This document shows, one piece after another, positions 9,413 to 18,064 of a DNA stretch of 31,991 nucleotides. Each line of letters opens with the position of its first letter. The stretch's first letter is position 1. The notes beneath the pieces were generated by a model that made no database searches, was not told where the DNA came from, and worked only from the letters and a program-made list of their open reading frames with translations. Location of the stretch: positions 1 through 31,991 of the IMG/VR virus record IMGVR_UViG_2563366883_000019; one strand, 5' to 3'. A program made the translations under genes and the position numbers. The DNA is from a virus. Lineage: Duplodnaviria > Heunggongvirae > Uroviricota > Caudoviricetes.

Positions 9413-11118
9413 CAGTGAGCCATCCAGTGTGTGGTTCTGCGTTTATCCGTTTTCTGTTTTACCCTCACCGGCATTCTGGCGCGCATCTCCTGGGCAATCA
9501 TGTAGCTCATAAGCTGATCATCAAAACAGCCTTCCTGTGCATTCATGGAGCCTTTCGCGTCATAAACGTAGGTGTTCATTTCTGATAATGTGCCCGACCA
9601 GCGGATCCCCGACAGGCCGTTATTCAGCAGCGTTTTCATTCCCTCTGTCAGGACCGGTTTACTCTGGCGGGTTGTCAGCCAGCCAAGACGGGGCGTATCG
9701 TCGTCATATGCCTGGTCAAGGTGCTGTTCGTTGTAGATATAACGCGTCGGATAGAGTTCCCTGAGTTTCAGGATAACGGCATGTCCGTGATTGTTACGCT
9801 CCGGCCCCACAAACGCATTGTTGTACATACGGCAGACCTGCGCAATGAGATGAGCGAAAAGCTCCGCATCGAGATGACCAAACCAGTGAGCCACCTGCTC
9901 ACCATTACTGCATCTGATGATATCCAGCGATGAGCGGTCTCCGTGCTCCAGCCCCTCAGCGGTATCCGCTCCGCATACATACTCTTCATCCGGATCCGGC
10001 AGCTCCCAGACCAGCAGATAATTCATCAGCGTCCGGTGCTGTTCGGCTTTATTCCCGTCACGCAGAGACTGTGCTTTGGTCTTCGTTCCTGTAACCGGTT
10101 CAATGTCATAAACAATCAGCGGTGGCGAACAGAATGACTCTGCCTGCAGCGTGCTTTCCGCACTGAACACCCGTCGTCCTGACGTCAGAAACGCCTCCTG
10201 TGGCGTTGAGGGAAATTCCTGCTTCATTTCCTCACGCTGTTCAGTTTCCTTGCAGATGTACCAGTGTTTCTGCTCATCGGTAAGCGTGATGTTCATTGCT
10301 TTTTCAACCGCAGAAAAATACGCTGTTTTTTCCCGTGACAGCTTAAGTCCGCTTTCCGGCACTCTGGCGCTGTATTTGAGATCCTGCCACCAGGCGTAAA
10401 AATGGAATTTATAATCCTGTGGCGTCAGCGCCAGCCCTGATGCAGTGATTTCCTGTGCCCGGTTACTCATCTCGTAAAAATCGCCACCCACACCTTCAGC
10501 AGTGGATTCATCAAAAATAATGCACTCATCAGAGACGGCATTAAGTGTACCGGTTCGCAGTTCTTTCGCCTTAGCCGGATATTTTGCGCAAATTTTGCCG
10601 TGCTCTGAGATATGCAGGCGCTGCACCGTACCTGAACGGAATGAGGTTGCCACCTGGATACTAGAGCCGTGACCAAACAGGATATAGCCACCGCTGGCTC
10701 CGCTACGACGTTCAACGATGGTGAATGAGGCTCTCAGCCAGTCAGGAAGATGATCAAACGGTACAGCAATTTTGGTGCGGAAAATTTCACTGGCAGCCTG
10801 TTTATCCTGAGCGACAATCCCGCATTTGAGATGCGGTATGAATAATGCCTGGTCGAGAAGATAAATATCAATGGCCGTGGAAAACCCCAGCTGGCGTGCT
10901 TTCAGGATAATATTTTTATTGTGCATGCTCCGGAACAACTGGCGCTGCGCCGGTCGCATTCTGAAGGTGACCAGCTCACCTTTTTCGTTCTGTATCTTGT
11001 AGAGATGATTGAGCCGCCACCAGGGATTGCTCAGTTTAGTCATGATGAACAGACGTTGTTCGGTCCCGGTCATTTCTGACGGTTCATCACATCGCGGTTC
11101 ATTCTTCCGGAATGTCAT
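9412..11118 (-). CDS. terL: Terminase large subunit (568 aa, P22/Terminase_6-like)
   Basis: Deviant Walker A motif KARQLGFST, characteristic of P22-type large terminases; GGGGAG lies 5 nt upstream of the ATG; overlaps the terS 3' end by 20 nt. Confidence 0.9.
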   Translation of the reverse strand: MTFRKNEPRCDEPSEMTGTEQRLFIMTKLSNPWWRLNHLYKIQNEKGELVTFRMRPAQRQLFRSMHNKNIILKARQLGFSTAIDIYLLDQALFIPHLKCGIVAQDKQAASEIFRTKIAVPFDHLPDWLRASFTIVERRSGASGGYILFGHGSSIQVATSFRSGTVQRLHISEHGKICAKYPAKAKELRTGTLNAVSDECIIFDESTAEGVGGDFYEMSNRAQEITASGLALTPQDYKFHFYAWWQDLKYSARVPESGLKLSREKTAYFSAVEKAMNITLTDEQKHWYICKETEQREEMKQEFPSTPQEAFLTSGRRVFSAESTLQAESFCSPPLIVYDIEPVTGTKTKAQSLRDGNKAEQHRTLMNYLLVWELPDPDEEYVCGADTAEGLEHGDRSSLDIIRCSNGEQVAHWFGHLDAELFAHLIAQVCRMYNNAFVGPERNNHGHAVILKLRELYPTRYIYNEQHLDQAYDDDTPRLGWLTTRQSKPVLTEGMKTLLNNGLSGIRWSGTLSEMNTYVYDAKGSMNAQEGCFDDQLMSYMIAQEMRARMPVRVKQKTDKRRTTHWMAH

Positions 11119-11950
11119 CCAGTCTCCCCGAATTACTCATTTCATGCAGCGATGACACGATGTCACTGACAGGCGTAACAACGCCCCGACGCTGGCTGGT
11201 CAGAATATCGGTTTCCGCTCTGAGTTTATCTCTGGCAGCGTTGATTCTTTCCCGGTCAGCACGAAGTTTTGGTGCTGTTTCCGCCAGAACGTCCAGCGTC
11301 AGCAATGAGCGTTCAATTGACTCGATACGGGCAATATTCCGGTCAAGGGCCTGTTCTGCTTTGAGTATTTTGTCGTACAGGGCAACACGGGTTTCCACGT
11401 CAGCCGCCTCTTTCAGGTCGGCGAACATTTTTTTCAGTGTTCCTGTTACTGAAAGTGCGCGGGCACGGGTGAACACCAGTTCATCGAACAGCACCATATC
11501 GGACGCATCATCCATGAGGTTATCTGCCTCAAGATACTTCGCATATCCACGGTGTCTCACGGCGTGGGTGTTACGGTCGCTAAACCGGGCAACGGGGTGA
11601 GGATTGCCCGATCTGCTGTTGCGTTTCGTTTCTGCCGAATTTGCGCAGTTTTTTGCGCATTTTTCATCACTGCCATCATCGCCGTAAGACTCGTCATTAC
11701 TGGACTCGTCATCAGCTCCATGCGCATTTTTTTGTGCGCTTTTTTGAGTGTCAATTTGCGCACTTTTTTGCGCATTTTTCTGCGCACTTTCCTCTGTATT
11801 TTTGGGGGAGTTTTTGCGCAGTTTTATGTACCGACGAGCCGTGCCATAGCAGATATTGTTCTGTCGACACCAGTCCTGAAGTTTTATGCCAGTTCTGGCA
11901 TGTTCGCGTCGGAATGCCTGCTCCAGTTTTTTCCAGTCCAGCTTTGCCAT
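11099..11950 (-). CDS. terS: Terminase small subunit with N-terminal HTH (283 aa)
   Basis: Immediately upstream of and overlapping terL; N-terminal DNA-binding-like segment (NICYGTARRYIKLRK); contains an AQK-type low-complexity repeat encoded by the TGCGCA array. Confidence 0.7.
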   Translation of the reverse strand: MAKLDWKKLEQAFRREHARTGIKLQDWCRQNNICYGTARRYIKLRKNSPKNTEESAQKNAQKSAQIDTQKSAQKNAHGADDESSNDESYGDDGSDEKCAKNCANSAETKRNSRSGNPHPVARFSDRNTHAVRHRGYAKYLEADNLMDDASDMVLFDELVFTRARALSVTGTLKKMFADLKEAADVETRVALYDKILKAEQALDRNIARIESIERSLLTLDVLAETAPKLRADRERINAARDKLRAETDILTSQRRGVVTPVSDIVSSLHEMSNSGRLDDIPEE

Positions 11951-12251
11951 GTCACTTTCTGACGTCCTCTGTTAAAAACTGACGCATAATGACCGCTGTG
12001 ATTTTTCAGAATTCACACAGCAGCGTCTTGTTTGATTGATATTTACACAATATGGTTGTTTTATCCGGTTTCTTCCACCACCGCACCGGACAGGCGGCCA
12101 TGCGGGAAAACGCTCACGTTACCTGAAAACGTGGAAAGCCCGGTGTGCATCGTTTTTGATTATCCCCACACACTCGCGCAGGAGGTCCAGTGTCTGGCTG
12201 AGGTCTCTGTTAATGCGGGAATACTGCGACGATACGGCGCATCAGCAAAAC

Positions 12252-12719
12252 TTATTTCAGGCACTGAGTGCGGATATATTCCTGTGCCCCTTCCAGCTGC
12301 TTCTGCATCATCATCAACCGCTCTCTGAGGGTGAAATAATCCCGTTCAGCGGTGTCTGCCAGTCGGGGGCCGGTTGCATTATCCATGCCGGAGGTGCCGG
12401 TGGCTTCACGCACGGTACCGGAGCAGGTGGCGTTGATCCGCAGGCGCTTACGACCAGCAGCAACATCAGCACGCAGAGTTTCATTTTCAGCTCTCGCATC
12501 GGCTAATTCCCTCGAGTATTTTGCATCGAGCGCAGCAACATCGCGCTGGCGCACCTGCATATCAGTAATGGTGGCGTTTGCCAGCTCCAGCTCTCTGGCT
12601 TTTTTATCGCGCTGCGCTTTGTAGGTGATGGCGTTATCGCGGTAATGGTCTGTTGCCAGCCACAGCGCACCACAGCCACCCGCCAGGACAATAATCACCA
12701 CACACAGAACACGGCTCAT
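12252..12719 (-). CDS. Rz: Rz i-spanin (155 aa)
   Basis: Near-identical motifs to lambda Rz ([44 protein letters not shown]); N-terminal TM segment. Confidence 0.95.
   Translation of the reverse strand: MSRVLCVVIIVLAGGCGALWLATDHYRDNAITYKAQRDKKARELELANATITDMQVRQRDVAALDAKYSRELADARAENETLRADVAAGRKRLRINATCSGTVREATGTSGMDNATGPRLADTAERDYFTLRERLMMMQKQLEGAQEYIRTQCLK
12314..12499 (-). CDS. Rz1: Rz1 o-spanin lipoprotein, embedded in the +1 frame of Rz (61 aa)
   Basis: Matches lambda Rz1 ([30 protein letters not shown]); lipobox VSAC; Pro-rich; lies wholly inside Rz in another frame. Confidence 0.9.
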   Translation of the reverse strand: MRELKMKLCVLMLLLVVSACGSTPPAPVPCVKPPAPPAWIMQPAPDWQTPLNGIISPSESG

Positions 12720-12726
12720 CTCTCTT

Positions 12727-12858
12727 TCACCCCACCAGTCCCGATAACGTCAGGACTCGCCAGGCGGTGGAAAAGAAAATGGCAACCAGCATTAGTGAAA
12801 ATGAAATGCCGACAATTACACAGAGGATCTTCGCCAGCGTTATGAGTTTGTCTGACAT
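12727..12858 (-). CDS. Small single-TM membrane peptide (43 aa) between endolysin and Rz
   Basis: ATG at 12858 is preceded by AGGGAGG with 7-nt spacing; the hydrophobic core [19 protein letters not shown] is TM-like; stop lies 7 nt before the Rz ATG. Confidence 0.5.
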   Translation of the reverse strand: MSDKLITLAKILCVIVGISFSLMLVAIFFSTAWRVLTLSGLVG

Positions 12859-12872
12859 GCTTAATCCTCCCT

Positions 12873-13019
12873 TCACGATTTCAACGCAATGACCAGTTTT
12901 GCCAGCCCATACAGCATCGGGGACACAGCAACACCGACCGCCACCCACTTAATGGCAAAAGCCAGTGCTCTGCTGATGTCATCAGTTACAGGCGCTTTCA
13001 GTTCAAGGCCATTTTTCAT
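12873..13019 (-). CDS. Small C-terminally membrane-anchored protein (48 aa from the preferred ATG; alternative starts at 13055 and 13088)
   Basis: The ORF track frame is 12873-13088. Preferred ATG at 13019 has GAGG 6 nt upstream; the longest start overlaps a hairpin. C-terminal hydrophobic segment WVAVGVAVSPMLYGLAKLVIAL. Confidence 0.4.
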   Translation of the reverse strand: MKNGLELKAPVTDDISRALAFAIKWVAVGVAVSPMLYGLAKLVIALKS

Positions 13020-13087
13020 AGTCAACCTCAACAGAATTCGTTTATACTTTTCCATGTTCTCCCTTGCCTTATCCAAGGTCAGAAACA

Positions 13088-13122
13088 CAAAACCCCGCTT
13101 GCAGCCAACAAACGGGGTTTTT
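13088..13122. terminator. Hairpin with flanking A/T runs between endolysin and the small membrane ORFs (orientation ambiguous)
   Basis: AACCCCG ... CGGGGTT stem with a 15-nt loop; TTTTT on the plus side and TTTTGTG on the minus side. Confidence 0.3.
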
Positions 13123-13211
13123 ACTTTTATTCACTTAGTTTTTGTCAGTTCGCAGGATTTCGTGTTATCCGTCCGTGTGAGCAAACCGCATTTTTCAGCA
13201 AAATATTCTGC

Positions 13212-13745
13212 TTATCTGTCAATTCCCCAGCACGCCAGCGCGCTCTCCTGGTCACGCCGCGATACCTGCCCGTAACAGTTATTTGAGCGATTCCGACAGT
13301 CCCTGCCGCCGTCATATATCCATCGGCGGATTTCAGCACATGCACCTTTCCGGTCTCCGGCGTTCAGTTTCCGGTAAAACGTTGAGGTGAAGCATTTCGA
13401 AGGCCCGATGTTGTACGGACAGAATGACGCGATGCCCGCTTTCTGCGGTTCAGTCAGTGGCAATTTGATGTTTTTCTCCACCCATGCCAGCGCCTTATCA
13501 CGTTCAATGGCATTAACCTGAGCGCATTTTTCCTTCGACAACTTCATGCCCGGGACGACAGGTTTGCCATCCACCATGATGGCACCACGGCAGATGGTCC
13601 AGATCCCCGCACCATCACGGTATGCCGTGGTGTGGTTACCTTCTTTTTCGTCAAGAAACTGGTCGAGGATTTCAGGCGCAGAAGCACCTGTGGCAATCAG
13701 CGCCAGAACGGCTACCGATAAACCATAGTGGAGTTTCCTGCTCAT
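13212..13745 (-). CDS. R: SAR endolysin (T4-lysozyme-like muramidase with signal-anchor-release N-terminus, 177 aa)
   Basis: N-terminal Gly/Ala-rich weakly hydrophobic segment (GLSVAVLALIATGASAP); lysozyme catalytic region (EKEGNHTTAYRD...GIWT); C-terminus similar to R21 (GACAEIRRWIY...RRDQESALACWG); directly follows the pinholin. Confidence 0.85.
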   Translation of the reverse strand: MSRKLHYGLSVAVLALIATGASAPEILDQFLDEKEGNHTTAYRDGAGIWTICRGAIMVDGKPVVPGMKLSKEKCAQVNAIERDKALAWVEKNIKLPLTEPQKAGIASFCPYNIGPSKCFTSTFYRKLNAGDRKGACAEIRRWIYDGGRDCRNRSNNCYGQVSRRDQESALACWGIDR

Positions 13746-13749
13746 CAGC

Positions 13750-13965
13750 TTACTCTCCCCGCGCAGCTTTGCGCCGGTCTTCTTTAATCTTGAAATACAG
13801 ATTCGTCAGGTATGTCAGGAACCCCAGACACAGGCTCCCCAAAACCCCGATAGCAGCCCACTGTGACGGAGTAACCTGATCCAACCACTGTAGAAACCAG
13901 TAACCCGCACTGCCCGCAGAAGTACCATAGGCTATGCCCGTTGATATTTTTTCCATCTGATACAT
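13750..13965 (-). CDS. S: Class II pinholin with dual-start motif (S21-like, 71/68 aa)
   Basis: Near-identical to phage 21 S ([26 protein letters not shown]...AAIGVLGSL...[21 protein letters not shown]); Met1 and Met4 give antiholin and holin forms. Confidence 0.9.
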   Translation of the reverse strand: MYQMEKISTGIAYGTSAGSAGYWFLQWLDQVTPSQWAAIGVLGSLCLGFLTYLTNLYFKIKEDRRKAARGE

Positions 13966-14041
13966 ATCCCCGCCCCGACAGACCTGTGCTACCGGAAATA
14001 AAAAAGGCCATCAGTGTTTTACTGATGGCCCTGCCCCGCCG

Positions 14042-14332
14042 TTACAGCATTGTGCCCGGTTCGGGTTGTGTGTCTGTCATATCCGTCACCGGTGACTCCG
14101 GCTGAATATCACCATTTTCCGTGGTGACATCTTCCGCCTGTGGTTCCGGAAGCAGTTCCGGGGATGGTTCCGGCTGTGCACCAAGCAATTCATCCAGAAT
14201 TGAATCCACTTCTGCATCAAGACGCTCTTCCAGATTCTGGCGGAGTTTTTGTTTCAGGACGCTTCTGACTTCTTCAGAGCGAATGACTTCCTTCACTGCC
14301 TCAGCAGTGACCAGTTGTTTTATATCTGTCAT
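14042..14332 (-). CDS. Hypothetical acidic protein (about 97 aa from internal ATG)
   Basis: ORF between nanS-p and the lysis genes; the ORF track's longer frame starts at 14506 and overlaps the upstream small ORF; no strong SD. Confidence 0.35.
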   Translation of the reverse strand: MTDIKQLVTAEAVKEVIRSEEVRSVLKQKLRQNLEERLDAEVDSILDELLGAQPEPSPELLPEPQAEDVTTENGDIQPESPVTDMTDTQPEPGTML

Positions 14333-14357
14333 GAGATTTTCTCGTTGAAAGGGGTTA

Positions 14358-14552
14358 TTAAGAAGGTTGTTCCGGAATGAGTGGGGCTTCTGTTTTTGCT
14401 CCGGCTGACTGAGTGGCGCTGATTTTCTCAGCGGCCCTTTTGTCAATCTGTCTGCGCCAGAAGTCGCGTACTGCCCTGTATCCACCTGAAAGAAGATACA
14501 ACACACAGACCACCGTACAGAAGTACAGCATTAACTGGTTGATGAATGTCAT
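14358..14552 (-). CDS. Hypothetical small membrane protein (64 aa)
   Basis: N-terminal TM-like segment LMLYFCTVVCVLYLLSGG; located downstream of nanS-p. Confidence 0.4.
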   Translation of the reverse strand: MTFINQLMLYFCTVVCVLYLLSGGYRAVRDFWRRQIDKRAAEKISATQSAGAKTEAPLIPEQPS

Positions 14553-14650
14553 GGTTTATTACCGTTACTGTTGACAATGAGAACTGTTTTCATTTAGAAA
14601 TGATTGATGTCGAAAGCATCCTTTCGTTAGATTCTCCATTGGGATTACCT

Positions 14651-14687
14651 CCGCCAGTCTCCATTCCTGTTGCTGGCGGTTTTTTTT
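14651..14687 (+). terminator. Plus-strand intrinsic terminator abutting the nanS-p 3' end
   Basis: CCGCCAG-(15 nt loop)-CTGGCGG followed by T8 on the plus strand. Confidence 0.5.
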
Positions 14688-14693
14688 CGTCTG

Positions 14694-16667
14694 TTATGCT
14701 GCTACGGCATTCACACCAACAGTAAGACTTTCAATCAGCACAGGGTAAGTTGCCGCATTTCCGGTAATATCCGTAATTGCCAGCGCGTTGGCCTCAAAGG
14801 CTGCATTCGTCCATCTGGTCAGCGTAAACGGTTTTCCTGCTGCATTATCAAGCACCGGCGTGACGTTCAGCGAGCCACCACCCGGGAAGCGGAAAGTCAG
14901 CGTGTGCCAGTCGTGATCGAACGGACCATAACTACCAAGCCGCTGTGATGTGGTGTTTGCATGATACATCACATTGATGTTTGTTTTATCAGTCTGCAGA
15001 TAGAAGGCCGCAATATAACCCTCCTCTGATTCCGCTCCCGGCCATCCACTACCGCGCCAGTAAATACCCGCAGAATATTGATTTGCAGAAGCATTGAGAG
15101 ATACATCATCGGGGATTTTAAAGCGCAGCGTGATTTCACCGCCGTTATCGAACAGCTCCTTCCCCTTACCGGCATCAATTGCGTGCGATACTTTCCAGGT
15201 CTTTTTCTGTGCAAGACCATTTTCTGGTTTTTCAAGACGAAGGGCTTTTTTACCTGAACCACTGTCACTGACCAGCGTGTTTTTGACATCTGTCAGCGTC
15301 CAGCCCTGCGAAGCCAGAGCGGCATTTTCCGCATTCACATCATAAGCCAGCACTGACTGTATCTTTGTCGGGACAACGGCTTCAGGCTGAGTATCGCCAC
15401 TCTCCTGTGCTGGTTGCGATACGCCTCCGCCTGAAGAAACCGCGGCTTTTGTCACTTTCCCGGAAACAAAATCTGCCACTCTGCCCACATGCAGAAGAAT
15501 GGCTGTTGCCAGACGGTCGGAAATAATTCCGCGACGCGCCCATGAACCAAAGTGGGTTTTACGATCGGATGTTGTCCAGCTCTTCGCATCCGTTCGTCCA
15601 CCGGAACCATAATACCCGATAGCCGGAATATCCGGGTCTTCTGACGGTTCATTGGTCCCGACTTTCTGACCATTGTCATCCATCATAAACGGCACAAAGA
15701 AGATATTTTTACCGGCTTTGGTTTTGTATGCGCCATAGACGGCATCGTATTGCGCTGAATACGTCTCCTTCCAGTAGTACGTCGTGTCACCACAAATCCA
15801 GGGCACCAGAGAAGGAGAAGCACCAGCGCACTGACCGGATACTCCCGCCAGGTCAGAACGGTATTTTTCCACCATGGCATCAAACATGGCGGGCTGACTG
15901 GCGTACGCTCCCTGTTTTAAATCAAACTCGCCCTGCATCCAGACAACACAAAGCAGTATGTTTTTGGGGTTTGCCTTCAGCGCGGCCTGAGTGCGTGTCA
16001 GCAGGTCTTTATACAACGGCTTATCAACGCCCCATCGTTCAGATTTATCCGACGCTCCTGAACTTTCACTGAACGTTCCGTCAGCACCGGCTGTAAACGC
16101 AGAGCCACCACGACAGCACGGCACTAACAAAATACCCGCATTTTCCGGCATAAAGGGCAACAGCTTTTTGGCAATATGCAATCCCTGTCCGACACACCCA
16201 TACTGCTCTGCGCTGGCTTTCGGATGAGAAAAACGGCTCAAATCCTGCACATCATGCAGGCAGTGGTCCGCCGGAATGATGTCGTTATATGCACAGGCCG
16301 CACCACCCGGTGTCACCGTACTGCGACGCGCCAGCTGTTTAATACGCGGGTCCGGACGGTCATATGTCTCCGGCAGCGGCAGGCCTTCACCATACGCCAT
16401 GCCGTTTGACTGTCCGGCCAGCGCAATGACAAAGTAATATTCTGGTTCAACAACAACAGTCCGGGTACCATCTCCCCCCGGTGAAACTACCGGAGAGGTC
16501 ATATCCCCTTCAGCGACTATAGCCTGGATAAATTCAGCACCATAACCCGCGTTTGAGATAATCGGACTACCATAGGGTTGCCAGCCTTCCTTCAGTTTTT
16601 GCGTCAGTTTTCCTGCGAGGTCTGACGGCGATGATGCCCTGACCACGTCATAGTGTTTAAATGCCAT
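14694..16667 (-). CDS. nanS-p: Prophage-encoded sialate O-acetylesterase NanS-p (SGNH/SASA esterase domain plus C-terminal lectin-like region, about 657 aa)
   Basis: ALAGQSNGMAYGEG esterase motif of the NanS/YjhS family; large size and position downstream of the Q/late leader match the nanS-p gene found downstream of stx in EHEC phages. Preferred ATG at 16667 has GGGAGG 4 nt upstream; the ORF track start at 16697 is TTG. Confidence 0.75.
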   Translation of the reverse strand: MAFKHYDVVRASSPSDLAGKLTQKLKEGWQPYGSPIISNAGYGAEFIQAIVAEGDMTSPVVSPGGDGTRTVVVEPEYYFVIALAGQSNGMAYGEGLPLPETYDRPDPRIKQLARRSTVTPGGAACAYNDIIPADHCLHDVQDLSRFSHPKASAEQYGCVGQGLHIAKKLLPFMPENAGILLVPCCRGGSAFTAGADGTFSESSGASDKSERWGVDKPLYKDLLTRTQAALKANPKNILLCVVWMQGEFDLKQGAYASQPAMFDAMVEKYRSDLAGVSGQCAGASPSLVPWICGDTTYYWKETYSAQYDAVYGAYKTKAGKNIFFVPFMMDDNGQKVGTNEPSEDPDIPAIGYYGSGGRTDAKSWTTSDRKTHFGSWARRGIISDRLATAILLHVGRVADFVSGKVTKAAVSSGGGVSQPAQESGDTQPEAVVPTKIQSVLAYDVNAENAALASQGWTLTDVKNTLVSDSGSGKKALRLEKPENGLAQKKTWKVSHAIDAGKGKELFDNGGEITLRFKIPDDVSLNASANQYSAGIYWRGSGWPGAESEEGYIAAFYLQTDKTNINVMYHANTTSQRLGSYGPFDHDWHTLTFRFPGGGSLNVTPVLDNAAGKPFTLTRWTNAAFEANALAITDITGNAATYPVLIESLTVGVNAVAA

Positions 16668-16868
16668 TATTCCTCCCGGCAGGGATAGTGTATGCAATCA
16701 AGATAAGGTGCGGGCTGACGTCAGTCATGGACAAGGGTTCAGAAACAGGAGGATGACTACAGCCCGCAATACGAAAAAGACCATACAGTTGCGCAGAGTG
16801 ATTACTGTCGGGTATTATTCGCCAGCTGAAAATTGATCACTTCACGTTTTGTTGTTTATTCCTTGCCA

Positions 16869-16897
16869 CCCGCGCTTCCCGGCGCGGGCTTTTTTTT
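16869..16897 (+). terminator. Plus-strand intrinsic terminator upstream of nanS-p
   Basis: CCCGCGC-TTCCCG-GCGCGGG followed by T8. Confidence 0.55.
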
Positions 16898-16903
16898 ATC
16901 CAA

Positions 16904-16929
16904 CAAGAAAGCCCCTCCGGAGAGGGGCT
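16904..16929 (-). terminator. Minus-strand hairpin terminator ending repeat copy A
   Basis: GCCCCTC-TCCG-GAGGGGC on the minus strand followed by TTTCTTGTT. Confidence 0.5.
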
Positions 16930-17136
16930 GGAGAGTAGCGCTATGTACCGTTCATGCATGGTGCAGGGTGCCTCCCGGTGAGTTCAGTATCAGCACCTGA
17001 ACCCGCACCAGAAAGGATAAGGGGTGTGACCAAACACCTGTCGCTGATATGCCCCTCCGCACAGGGGGATTCACCATGCCATATTTTTTTAACAAACTTC
17101 CCGCTGGCCAGACAATAATCGCCAGCCTGAATTGTG
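16904..17136 (-). repeat. Copy A of a diverged element of about 230 bp (candidate structured RNA) in the late leader
   Basis: Shares conserved 5' and 3' blocks with copy B; the central block differs; internal helices are retained by compensatory changes. Confidence 0.6.
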
Positions 17137-17387
17137 AGTAACGTGGCATTTTACGGGAAAACTGTTTTCTGCAGTAAAAAGGCCCGCCGGAGCGAGCCTG
17201 GAAGGATAGCGGTCATGTGATGCCGGTTTCCCGGTAACTCAGCATCGGTATCTGAGTCAACGTTTTCTCTACTGGGTCATTTCCGATACGTTCCGCCTTC
17301 CGGCAGACTTTCATCACGTCAGAAAATATAGCACCCTGAGTAACAGGACAGTACTCAGAATTCAGGAAACTGTGACACATCCTGCAC

Positions 17388-17412
17388 AGAAAAGCCCCTC
17401 CGGAGAGGGGCT
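17388..17412 (-). terminator. Minus-strand hairpin terminator ending repeat copy B
   Basis: Identical GCCCCTC/GAGGGGC hairpin followed by TTTTCTG on the minus strand. Confidence 0.5.
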
Positions 17413-17606
17413 GAAGTATAGCCTAATTTCTGTCTGTCGCATGGTGCCAGGTGCCTCCCGGTAAATTCAGCCTGGCTACTGAATTTGCATGTTCGCTGGA
17501 TCATACACTTTGCCAGATGCCCCGCCGCTGAGGGGGATTCACCACGCGATGCAATTTTTAACAAATTCTCCGGCAGCCAGACAATCATCAAGCTGTGGAA
17601 TTGTGA
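17388..17606 (-). repeat. Copy B of the same element
   Basis: Same conserved blocks as copy A; the overlapping ORFs in the two copies are not conserved at protein level. Confidence 0.6.
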
Positions 17607-17926
17607 GGTATTTAAAAATTTCGCAGCCTCTTGCCACCCGCTTTTCACAAAAATCGTATGTAGAAGGCCGCAGCGTAACTATCACTGATGAATTCAGGAC
17701 CCCCAGAGGCTACGGCTCAGTTTGGATTGTGGCGGCCGGAATCGAACCAGCTCCCAGCGGTGCGCTGCCGATTACAATACGCGCGGCGATCCGCTACATG
17801 ACTAGTATTTTCACAGTCGCCTGTCTGCTAGCTCGCCATTGAGCTTCACCACAACGATAAGAGCACTGCGCACACCTTTCACCAATTCCACGAGGTCTGC
17901 GGGTTCAATGCTCTTACCTGTTGTGC

Positions 17927-17958
17927 AAACAAAAAGCCCCGACATTTCTGCCGAGGCC
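17927..17958 (-). terminator. Candidate tR'-like terminator downstream of the putative late promoter
   Basis: Minus-strand hairpin GCCTCGGCA-GAAA-TGTCGGGGC (two G:U pairs) followed by TTTTTGTTTG. Confidence 0.45.
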
Positions 17959-18064
17959 TTTACCTAATCTAGCCAGTATGCCGATCCTAAATATTATCGA
18001 CGACCGAGGTAAATCAGGATTTCTCTTTCGCTTCTCAGTGCGCTTTTGCTCCGAGCATACACAA

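Noticed and set aside
11640-11822. CRISPR-like array suggested by the regularly spaced TGCGCA repeats
   Set aside because: The repeats are 6-bp palindromes with T-runs inside a coding region, not 25-40 bp direct repeats with unique spacers.
12032-12506. Plus-strand ORFs between terS and Rz, considered as a possible bor-like lipoprotein gene
   Set aside because: No signal peptide or lipobox; they overlap Rz/Rz1 in antisense, so the 300-bp interval is treated as non-coding.
16952-17648. ORFs within the repeat copies (16952-17149, 17355-17648, 17485-17688, 17489-17842)
   Set aside because: The two repeat copies are conserved at nucleotide and structure level but their overlapping ORFs are not conserved as protein, and each runs through a strong hairpin.
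17712-17800. Intact tRNA gene
   Set aside because: Only the T-arm fits; I could not form an acceptor stem or find CCA by hand, so it is reported as a remnant in findings, not as a tRNA feature.
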